Assembly (NCBI GenBank): GCA_964016885.1
Contig: OZ024755.1
Coordinates: forward strand, 2,170,001 to 2,234,000
Reading direction: 5' to 3'
From: Eledone cirrhosa
Lineage: Eukaryota
Length of the DNA: 64,000 bases
In this document: positions 53,965 through 64,000 of the stretch, one piece after another
Layout: each line of letters starts with the position of its first letter
Position numbering within the stretch: the first letter of the stretch is position 1
The notes under the pieces: model-generated
Databases searched by the model: none
Told to the model about the DNA's origin: nothing
What the model saw: only the letters and a program-made list of their open reading frames with translations
Translations under genes and position numbers: made by a program

Positions 53965-54880
53965 CGCATCTATGTAATGTATGTATGTGTATATGTATTT
54001 TTTCAAGCAATAAAACATGCTCAAGTAGTTTATTTTCCTAGTCGTCCTATCTATATTTACAAACCATTGTCTGTTTTAAGGACAGAAGGAAAGTGTTTAC
54101 GGTTATTTCAGATATTTGTTATAAAACTATATTAATTTCAGTTTTCTATGTTTGGTAAGTTACATTATCTGAGTTCGTGTGTTGAAACTAAAACAATTGC
54201 ATCGTGGTAGAGTCATCAGTTACTTGAAACACAAACCGATGTATTTACTTTAGGTTCATTATGAATTTCTATTGATTTTCAGCACATACTTTTTACCGAA
54301 ATACTTTCCAACTGTAAATCTTTCTAGGTACTTGGAACCCAAGATTTGGCTGGAGTTTGGCAGCTATTTCTATCAGGTCGAGTAACCAAGGTACTGCTCT
54401 CTCTCTCTGTTAGTTGTACGGCCAGGTCACTTATAATGATGCTGACTATAGGAATGAGGAATAAGTAAGAATAATTCCGAGGGCTCAAAACGTTATATTT
54501 TCATGTTTGTATATCCAAACAATTTTGTCAGGTGAGACCTCTGTCTGGTATTGGTCAATGTATCCCAGAACAACCTGCTTCATGGTCGAGTGGTTGGTGA
54601 CGAAACAGACTTCCCCACCAGATCTTGGTCTAGTCAGGTGAGGCTTTTGTCTGCTACTGGTACCATGTAACCCAGAACAACCCTATCTTATTCCTGCTGA
54701 GCTACTGAGCCCAACACAACCTTGTGCCAGACCCATTACCAACAAGAGAGGAATCTGTCAGCTACTAACTTTGCCTGCTCAGTGTGTGTATCTGTGTGTG
54801 TGTATGATTATATATATATATAATGTATGTATGTATACTTATACGCACATAGGTATACACACACATATATATAGGTACAT

Positions 54881-54998
54881 ATAGGGAAAAGAGACAGGAC
54901 CCCTGGCTCTTTTCCCTATTACCCACTCTACTATCCTAAGTATTGAGTACTTTGGTATGTTATGGTCCACCTGGTATCTTACCACACCCTCTTTGTTA
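54881..54998 (+). mobile_element. Diverged family-C fold-back mini-element
   Basis: attacccactctactatcctaagtattgagtactttgg...accacac..tttgtta matches family C; short palindrome atagggaaaagag/ctcttttccctat. Confidence 0.75.
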
Positions 54999-55084
54999 TT
55001 TATATATATATAAAGTTTATCCCGGGCTCAATCGGGGTTAACCACAGTAAGACAAAGCAGAGTATAAATATTTAATATAGAAAG

Positions 55085-55133
55085 GCTTCTACAGAACTAG
55101 AACTGTTTCATTCGGTAGAAATCATCAGGAAGC
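55085..55133 (-). ncRNA. Type I hammerhead ribozyme motif (inverted copy)
   Basis: GCUUC-CUGAUGA-U UUC UACC GAA U-GAA-ACAG UUCUAGUU CUGU-A-GAAGC; 5-bp stem I. Confidence 0.7.
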
Positions 55134-55149
55134 TAAATCACCAGGAAGC

Positions 55150-55196
55150 CTTCCTGATGATTTCGACCGAATGAAACAGTTCTAGTCCTGTAGAAG
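55150..55196 (+). ncRNA. Type I hammerhead ribozyme motif
   Basis: CUUC-CUGAUGA-U UUC GACC GAA U-GAA-ACAG UUCUAGUC CUGU-A-GAAG: stem I CUUC/GAAG, intact core, stem III ACAG/CUGU, GUA site (cleavage after 55192). Weakness: U-U at the base of stem II. Confidence 0.7.
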
Positions 55197-56905
55197 CCTT
55201 TCTATATTTAAAAAAAAAAAAAAACATATATATATATATATGGTCATATATACATGAATAGATAAATACGTACATACTTGTGTGTGTGTGTTTGTGTGCG
55301 TGTGTATGCATGTCTGTGCTTCAAATGACTATCACAAATCTGCCATAATTTAATTGTTTTGTCTATTTTTATGGTAGCTTTGTTTTATTTGCTTTTTGTG
55401 TTTGTATTTTAGCCGTAAGCGTCTCTATCGCTTTGATTGTATGATGGCAACTATAACAAAATTGCAGTTTGGTTGTGTCAACTTAGATTTCTGTCCTCTA
55501 TTAACTCTGCCATTGAAATCTGTCATGTGAGAACCGGAAATATTACTGACCGCAACAACGCAACACACAGTAAAGTGCAAGGCACACATTCATTGCTTGG
55601 TCGTCTTTCTGTCTGTCTGTCTCTTTGTCTATCTAGATGGATGTCTATCAGGCTGGATGGCTTGATGGTTAGCTGGTTGGCAGGCTGGTATGTTAGCTGA
55701 TTGACTAGCCGGGTGGCTGACTGGCGTTCGTTCTGGTTAGCTGGTTGGTTGGTTGCCTGGCTGGTTGGATATTTGGTAGACCGGTAGATAAGCTATCAGT
55801 GTGGGTGGGCCTTTGCCTGGCTGTCTGTCTGTCTGTCTGTCAGGCTGGCTGGCTGGCAGGTTGGTAGGCTGGCTGGCTGTCAGGCTGGCTTGTTGGTTGG
55901 CTGGTTTGTTTGTTTCACTGACTGGTTGGTTGTTTGATCAAGTAACTTGGCGTCTTCGTCATCAATCGACGTCGTCGTTCTCGTCATTCGTTTATCGATT
56001 TAGTACCCCCCCCCCCCTCGCTCTCTCTCCCTCTCTCTCTCTCTCCAGTACAGTGCCGCCACCTGCCAACAATTAACTCTTCAAACACAAAGCCAAACGA
56101 TAGGCCAGTCACTAACCTGAACAAATATTGCTTCCGAACCTCTTTCTCCCATTTTATTGTTTTATTTTATTGGGCTTTTATTTGTTTTGATTGTGTTATG
56201 TTTTGTTTTTTGTTTTGTTTTGTTTTGTTTTTTTTTGTTTTTTTTTTGCTTCTTTTAAGGCGTTGTGCAAACAATACGCAATTCAAAGTTTGGGGGGGGG
56301 GTTGAGGTTGTGTGTGTGTCAATACTTGTGTATGACACTATACGACAGTATCACACACATGCACACGCACAGATATATACATACATACATATGTATATAT
56401 ATACATATGTATACATATATATATATACATGTGTGTATATACGCGTGTGTGTGTATATACGCGTGTGTGTGTATATACGTGTGTGTATATATGTATGTCG
56501 TACGAGATCATGCAAGAGGTAAGAATTCATGGACAGCAGATCTAAAGTTCTTCAATGGCTGACACATGGCAGATATTGTAATTATAGAATTCCAGAGAGA
56601 GAAATTTAGGCACAAGACCAACAATTTCTGGGAGAAGAGGAAAATCGACCCCAGTTTGTTGTGATTAAAGTTGATTAATTCAACCTGATTCTTGTTTAAT
56701 TATAACATTAGATCTTAATTGATGAAACTTGTTTTCTAAACTTATCATAATTGCAGGCAACATTGTGTACCGTGATATTGTGTAAAACTATCTAAAAGTA
56801 TTGAGTACTTAAAGGGAAGTGACTGCCTGATTTTGTATAGTTTGATCGTTTGGTCCTCTCCATGTTGGTTTGTGTTCTCATCACTGGTAAAATTTAGACT
56901 ATCCA

Positions 56906-57041
56906 CTTAATAAATATTGCAATTTTGGTGGAGAGGAAAGTCGATTAAATTGACCCTCCAGTGCATGACTGGTACTTTATTTTATCGATGAAAGACAAAG
57001 TTAACTTCGACGAGATTTGAACCCCTTAATAAATATTGCAA
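56906..57041 (-). mobile_element. Internal family-A SINE fragment flanked by a 17-bp direct repeat
   Basis: cttaataaatattgcaa at 56906-56922 and 57025-57041. Confidence 0.75.
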
Positions 57042-58158
57042 ACAATTTCTACTTTCACCCTTTGATTAAACTTTGCTTAAACCGAAACCATACCAGCGGA
57101 TATCTCATGATATAGGTTCTGTCTGTCGGAATTACCCCCATCTTCTATTATCTGTTGCTCTCGTTGTCTGTGCTTAGCTTCCGAGTTTTGGTTATTCTTA
57201 CTACGGGAATAAGGGAGAACCAATTCAAATGACTATATTTATTCGATATAATTTATTCTTCCAAAATGATCGTTTGGTTTCGTTACAGAATTGTATCCTA
57301 AGTCATATTTTCGTTAAAAAAATCAATATAGCCTATCAATATCAGCTCGAAGCCTGAAAATCGATGGTATAATAAAGTTAGTATCATTTATGTATATTTT
57401 AAAATATATATATTTTTATAACCTTAAAATTTATCTTTTATCTTATATTTCAGTTAGTATATGTTGTTTTCGTAGTCATAAAGTATAGAAATATTTCCTT
57501 TGGGGTAAAATAAAATGACGGGTATTAATATGTAAAGCACCGCTGTTATCTTTATATACATTGATAGTAGCAGAGTTTATTGATTTTTATGAAAATTTGA
57601 CTCGGTATTCGATTTTGTGAGCTGCCATCGTAGCGAAACAAAATTATCATTTTGTAAGAATAATTTATGTTAGTTAAATAGATGCATAGATAGATAGGTG
57701 GATAGATAGAGAGAAGAGATAGATAGGTAGGGGGATAGATAGAGAGAAGAGATAGATAGATAGGTGGATAGATAGAGAGAAGAGATAGATAGATAGGTAG
57801 GAGGATAGACAGACACAGAGATGGATGGATAGGTAGGTAAGTGGAGGGATAGAGAGAGACGAGAAGGTGGGTGGGTGGATAGATTGACAGACAGTCAGAC
57901 AACAGAGATGGATAGATGTTTAAACGTAAAGAAGCATCAACATAAGGTATTCGACGGACCCATGTAGTATAACTGTATATTCCTAATATAAAATAAGTAA
58001 TATTTCATTGTTCTAACTGATTACATGTTCTACATGGTTTTTGTACAAGATATCTAAATTGGGGTACCAATAACGATATTTCGGGGAATGGTTAACTCCT
58101 TTACATTCAGGGGATATTGGTGAGCAAGTCGATACCTATTTTAATATATCGACATCTT

Positions 58159-58200
<42 letters not shown>

Positions 58201-58896
58201 ATTCACGACCCCGACAGTTGAGCTCCTGCCGTTTCAACAGCTAGGTCCGGGTGGCTAAGTTTTTATGAAATGAATTCAAGAAAGGTGGGCGAAGACAACG
58301 GAAAACGACCAAAATACAGGGCAGTCCTTTCTCACCAGTCAACCTCTGGAGGAGGCCTTCGTGGTTTCGGTCCTTTACGGTCGATATAATTAGTTCCATA
58401 TATATATAGTGAGCTGAGGTTGTGGAGTAAACATAGAAGTCTTTATTGATTAATAATTTAATAATTCTGACAGGTATTTCACTGAAATTGCGCAACACCT
58501 GCAACAGTCTAATTTGGTACTTATGTAACACACGGAAATTACATTGCACTGCGTTAGTAGATTTCATTTAATTACAGATCATCAGTGAAGTGACAATTAA
58601 TTAATTTCTTAGGTCGTTTTCCCAGAGATGAACCAGTTGGTATGTTTAGAGTAATTTGACCAATCAGCGTAGAGTATAGCGTAAGTTACCAATCACCGGG
58701 TGTGCCCATACAAATAAACACTACATAACTTTCCATGATGTGTGAACTTCACTAGACATAGGATGACACGTTAATCATATCCTTCAGAATTTTACTCCCA
58801 AAACAGTCCCCTGCATAACAATAGACAAACCTGACTCTGCTAATTACTGGTACAGAAACCGCGGGTACCTTATGGCTACAGTTGTCATTATATATA

Positions 58897-58983
58897 CAGG
58901 GTGTCCCATAAAAAGGATACACACTTCAACAGCATTCTCATAAATATTGCCTGTATAGTGTGTATACATTTTTGAGGACACCC

Positions 58984-58985
<2 letters not shown>
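58897..58985. mobile_element. Tc1/mariner-type MITE (89 bp)
   Basis: TIRs cagggtgtcccataaaaaggatacacact / agtgtgtatacatttttgaggacaccctg in TA context; CAGGGTGTCC termini are typical of mariner-derived MITEs. Confidence 0.75.
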
Positions 58986-59074
<89 letters not shown>

Positions 59075-59075
<1 letters not shown>

Positions 59076-59232
59076 GTTAACAAATGGAAAATATCTTTAT
59101 AAAACCATATTTATAACGATATTTTCCATTTGTTAATATTATTGATATTAATGACACTCCGGAAAAATCCGTTGAATGCTTCGAATCTGTTATAAATTTT
59201 TGTTGAATAATCAACAAACCAAATAACTTATT

Positions 59233-59235
<3 letters not shown>
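59075..59235. mobile_element. (TA)n-embedded fold-back mini-element
   Basis: Palindrome ttaacaaatggaaaatatc...gatattttccatttgttaa followed by a unique segment; TA tracts on both sides. Confidence 0.55.
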
Positions 59236-59292
<57 letters not shown>

Positions 59293-59460
59293 AGATGGAG
59301 AGCACTGGAAGGTAATATCCGTAGTGGTAGAGCACTCAGTCCTTGAGACGAGTTAGGTAGAAATGGACATGATTATAACCATGTCCATTACGAACTGAGG
59401 ATCCGATAGGGTGAAACAATTGTTCTTGTATGGTGAACTAACTGTTGTGTTACCACTTCA

Positions 59461-59491
<31 letters not shown>

Positions 59492-59751
59492 TATCTATAT
59501 ACACATTGGTGCAGTCTTGGTTACCCACTCTGTATATATACTGGCATGACACTCTCAGCCAGCTTTAGCAAGGCAGCTACAGAGTTATAGTCTCGTAGTT
59601 ATTAACAAGAACAAATTAGAGAACTCATTTATAACTTCTAACAACTGTTATAAAAACTATAGACAGGAACAACTGACGCAATCTGCCATATAATATTGGT
59701 GGCGAGTCTATAAACATTGACAGATATTGTGGAGAAAGTAGATTATAACGA

Positions 59752-59787
<36 letters not shown>

Positions 59788-59789
<2 letters not shown>

Positions 59790-60055
59790 CAGCTCACGCC
59801 TATGCAGGTTTAGCTGGCCTCCTCCAAGGTATATCTCGTTGGAGGTGTCTTGGGTGATTTAATGATAGGGACCCCAGTCCTATCATCTCATTTCTACAGC
59901 TGAATAAACTGGAGCAACGTGAAACACGTCACCCGGTCCGAGAATTGAACCACTAAGCCATGCGCCTGGTACTGATATTGGCACTTATTCTATCGACCCC
60001 GAAAAATAAAAAGCAAGGCTGACCGTGCCAGGATTTGAACTGACAGCGTAAAGAG
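59788..60055 (-). mobile_element. Internally deleted family-B SINE (tail type 2, (CA)n end) and an adjacent family-A fragment
   Basis: Homology to 36172-36408; family-A core at ~59965-60055. Confidence 0.8.
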
Positions 60056-60094
60056 CCACATGACAATTTGTTCGTTACTTTATTGTGAAACTTT

Positions 60095-60600
60095 AACTTC
60101 GTATCTAGAAATATATTCCAAATAAACAGAAATTACATCAGTTTTTCAACAAGAACATAAAAATGAGCTATACCTGCATGCAGAGCGTCATAATGTAAAG
60201 TAACTGCAATCAAATCACCTTTAAACAGAGTTTATGTCGCTGTTGAATTATAGACCTCTGACCCCTAAAAGATAAATGGTCCGAAGGGAAAAAAAGCATT
60301 GAAAATCATGCAGACAAATAACATTCTCTTGTATAAGTACAATAGCTCATTCTGTCAGTATCACGTAGAAAATACCACGAAACTCTTCAAATATATTTGA
60401 AGATCGAAAGATAAATAAATAAAGACAAATATTAATAGAGATGTAATCCAGGACAAAGCTTCAACGTTTAAGAATATTTCAAATTACTGCGAACTTTAAA
60501 CATGAAATGATGTTTCCTTCTTGTAAATCTTAAAGCAGATCCTTAATATTGAATGATACTTGACGCCACAGACTACGTGTCAAAATAGAGAATAAGATTT
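60095..60600 (+). pseudogene. Decayed Penelope-like retroelement linker/GIY-YIG endonuclease region
   Basis: KYIPNKQKLHQFFNKNIKMSYTCMQS and YKYNSSFCQYHVENTTKLFKYI*RSKDK*IKTNINRDVIQDKASTFKNISNYCEL* match recalled PLE motifs HKLHKIFNRNTVKVSYSCM and H..SF......ST.LSKYIW.LK...I.W......C.LC; multiple stops. Confidence 0.75.
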
Positions 60601-60767
60601 TAGCAATTCACTGGACATTTGTGATTCTTAAACTGCTTGAGTCAAGGCAATAACAAGCTTGGTTTTAAGAAAACCTTGTTACATTACATATAATGCATAT
60701 ACAACAAATGTATGCGTGTGTATATGAGAGAGAAAAATAGTGTGTGGTGTTTAATTTTCTCTACGTC

Positions 60768-60830
60768 AGGGGTCTCAAACACACGGTCCGCAAACTACTT
60801 TTCTATGGCCGGAGGCAAAACAATTTTCTT
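60768..60830 (+). mobile_element. hAT-Charlie-like left terminus
   Basis: Begins caggggtctcaaacacacggtccgc; a similar Charlie-like end (ggttgcccaagcctg) lies near 8390-8405. Confidence 0.4.
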
Positions 60831-60918
60831 GACTAATATTTTCCTAAAACTTGCTAATTTGTCTTTCGCCACTTCCATATTCTTGCAACAGCAACAATAT
60901 TAAGCATGACCTACCAAC

Positions 60919-61032
60919 CTAATGCTAACAGACAATCTATTTTAAGATCAGCTAGGCTCTGGCCATATTTCTCCCCAGGGAAGGGTCGAATGTACTTTAA
61001 TGTTTCAGCCTCTTTCTCGTCAAAATCAAAAA
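60919..61032 (-). CDS. Candidate internal coding exon (114 bp, phase 1-1) of an unidentified gene
   Basis: Acceptor atttctacttttcag, donor G|gttggt, open frame xFDFDEKEAETLKYIRPFPGEKYGQSLADLKIDCLLAL with non-repetitive, protein-like composition. Confidence 0.55.
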
Positions 61033-61541
61033 CTGAAAAGTAGAAATATGTCTCTAATTTGATAGACATGTATAAACCATTCTTAATGAGAAGGTTATTG
61101 AAATCTAAATCAGTTTGTTTCAAAGACTAATTATGGTTGAGAGGTGACTGAGATTGTAGAAAACTAACTCATACAACAGAACATGGGAAGCTTTTGTTTC
61201 ATAACATGAGAAGCGGTAGATATGACAAATTCTTAAAGCGACGGACAGGATATGGTACAATAGTTATTCCGCGTCTTTACCTTTTGAATTGAAATCCCGA
61301 TGTTGGTTCCTTGTCTGTTAAGCTAAATACATTTCCAAGGTGTTTTCACAGAACAACCTGGCCTCTTTAACTGAATCCAGATTACTGCAAATATTCAGAG
61401 CAGGATTAAGTATACCTTCCTTCCTCTCTCCCTTCTATCAGTCCCGGAGACCCCTGCTCTTCCCTTCATTAAACAACAAATATATTATTTTTAAGTGAGT
61501 TTAATTTCTATTGAAACCTTTACTAAAATTAACTATGTAGA

Positions 61542-61590
<49 letters not shown>

Positions 61591-61694
61591 CCCATCAACC
61601 AATGACCTCCACCCATCTTGTGGACACCTGAAATATAGGCATTGTTAGCTTAAGAGAAACTTAAAAATAAGGAGTGGCACCCCAATCTCAACTT

Positions 61695-61738
<44 letters not shown>

Positions 61739-62350
61739 TGTTAAAAAATCGATTGGTGATTATATGCAGTCTGGATTTAATGACGAAGAAAATATTATTG
61801 TCCTGCTTAATTCCCTCGATGAGCAAAAGCTACGTACGCGAGATTAGCGTCTTCTCCAGAAAGAGAGTTTTCCGCTTCGATTCTGCTTAACATAGCGTTA
61901 CAATACCACGCTTACTAAACTTTTGAGGATCGAAATGTAGATTAGTAGCAGAATACTATTTACCCTGGTAGAGTAAACATTTTAAACGACATAGAAAGGA
62001 TTTGATCTTGCAAGCTAGAGAGGAACTAAACTAAATAATATAAAACGGTATTTTTGTACGGCGTTCTTTCTGGCTCATCAATTTCCAGCGACTCAAACTT
62101 CTGTTTAATATTGCATGACTATTCATCAACAATATCTCTAGTTCTCTCCCACAGGACGTCCGCCATTGATTATATAACTTTCAGCTCTCCGTTGACCAGA
62201 CTCACTCTCTCTTCTCTACATTTTTTCCTTCACTCTTTTTTTTTTTTTTTCACCCACTTTTTTCCACATAAATACATATACAATCACACAAATCAACACG
62301 CACACGTACTCACGCACTCACGCACACACACTCTCACACACACACAAACA

Positions 62351-62398
<48 letters not shown>

Positions 62399-63267
62399 TG
62401 GTGGTTTTTTTTTTTTTTTTTTTTTTTTTCCTGTGATTTATCTAAATGTTGTATCAGATAGCTTTATTGTTTAAAAATGATGACGATTGTGTGTAGTTAG
62501 GAGCAGTGGGAGTGAATGAGTAGCTGTGTGGTGTTGTAAGTGGATGGTGAGTCGAACAATTATGAATAGAAGTGTGTTTGGAGAACTGACAACTTAAATA
62601 TATGTGTCTGTATGGATTTGTGTTTTTATATGTAAATATGTTAAAATGTGTGTGTGTGTTTTAGTTTCTATATGTGCGTGTGTATCTATACATATGTGCA
62701 AGTGTGTGTGTGTGTGGGCAAACATAGGTGTGTGTGCTTGTGCAAGTGTGTGTGTGTGTGTGAGCGTGTGCAAACCTCTGTGTGTATGTGTGTGCATTGT
62801 AACTTTCCGGTGGAAGGTGAAGAGGTGTATCAATAAATGTGTGTGTGTGATTGTTTTGAATTACGTGTTTTTTATGTATGTGTTACTTGCTATGAGTGTA
62901 AGTATGTATGTATGTATAACTTTATATGTGTACACAATATTTATGTAGACTTTCTCTTAATTTACATATGAGGTTCGGGATTTATGTATTTTCGAGAAAG
63001 TGTATTTTGTTGGTTTCTATTTTGTATTTCTGTTCAATATGAATGTCTCTTAATGATATTTTCATTTAAAACTCAGAGAAGAATAGCAGCCAGCGTCTGT
63101 AGTTTTTGGACGCCATCTCAGACTAACCAGATTGATGAGGTTTATCAATTTGGTCAATCTGTTGGTAAATGTTTGCAAGGAAAACATGGACGATAAACTA
63201 ATTTAACAGGGTTGAGAACCTGAGAGGTCAGGCAGCCATCATCATCATCATCATCATCATAATGGGA

Positions 63268-63552
63268 AGGCGTATGGCTTAATAGTCAGGATGTTTGACA
63301 CATGTTTGTAAAGTCGTCGGTTCGATTCCAGGATGTAGTTGTGTGTTGTGTTCCCGAGCAAAACACTTCATTTCACGTTGCTACAGTATATTCAGCTGAA
63401 AGTGAGTTACCAGGAATGGCTGGGGATTTCACCCTGCGATGGACTGGTGTCCTGTCCAGGGGTGGGGCAGTCTTGTACTCTCAGTCGCTTCTCGCCACAA
63501 AAACCGGGATAAACATCGGCCTGGTGAACTTCCGGCATCGAGACAGACTTTA
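63268..63552 (+). mobile_element. Full-length family-B SINE with tail type 1
   Basis: tggcttaatagtc A-box, ggttcgattcc B-box, core aacacttcatttcacgttgct...cagctgaaagtgagt, tail ccctgcgatggactggtgtcctgtccagggg...aaaccgggataaac. Confidence 0.85.
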
Positions 63553-64000
63553 GAAACAGTTATTTTACATTGCTGATAAATGTCTTGTATACAAGCTAAA
63601 ATATATGTGGTATAACATAACTATGGAGCCACGAAGTTGTCACTAGACTTACTAAATATAGCAGCCAAAACCACACTCTGTCGTCATAAATACTGACAGA
63701 AATGTATTAGGCAATGGCAGCTCTGATTTACAAAATGGCGAAATTATTATGACTGTGGTGGCTGTGGTGACTGTGGTGGCTTTGATTATAGGTTGGCAGG
63801 ATTAGTGCTGACCTGGAAATAAACAACAGCAACCTCTTGTACTAGTATTCCAAAAATATGCATATTCATAGAGAAAGAATCAATATATTGTTTACTTCTG
63901 CTTTTGAATTTACAAATATATCAAACTGTAATGGCATTTGATTAAAAACATGAAGACAGACTCTTTAATTCTTGCCTCCCTTGCCATTTATTAAAAGTTG

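Larger units (their letters stand above)
55012..55208 (-). mobile_element. Family-D fold-back mini-element (putative Penelope-like terminus) in TA-rich context
   Basis: ~60 bp unique segment plus 59-bp inverted arms (55074-55132 and 55150-55208) differing at 2 positions. Confidence 0.75.

Overview
This is an AT-rich, repeat-saturated eukaryotic intron/intergenic window. It is most likely from an octopus or other coleoid cephalopod, inferred from my recall of the SINE families and from the extreme microsatellite load. There are no prokaryotic features, no CRISPR array and no intact long CDS; almost every ORF in the supplied track is a microsatellite artefact. Supported content: about 28 copies or fragments of one tRNA-headed SINE (family A, several with target-site duplications), about 9 copies of a second tRNA-headed SINE (family B) with three alternative tails, decayed LINE fragments (RTE x3, Tx1/L1, CR1/L2), a decayed Penelope-like (PLE) endonuclease region, MITE/hAT ends, several minisatellites (one with a 315-bp higher-order repeat) and one well-formed 114-bp candidate coding exon on the minus strand. 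Two observations stand out. (1) Several families of short elements sit inside (TA)n tracts, end in fold-back palindromes and carry type I hammerhead-ribozyme motifs, one family with a greatly expanded stem II; together they suggest a microsatellite-targeting, ribozyme-bearing mini-PLE/retrozyme system. (2) A U6 snRNA copy ending in TTTT is fused to a retroposon-like 3' tail, i.e. a U6 chimera or a candidate U6-headed SINE. All family assignments were made by eye and need database confirmation.
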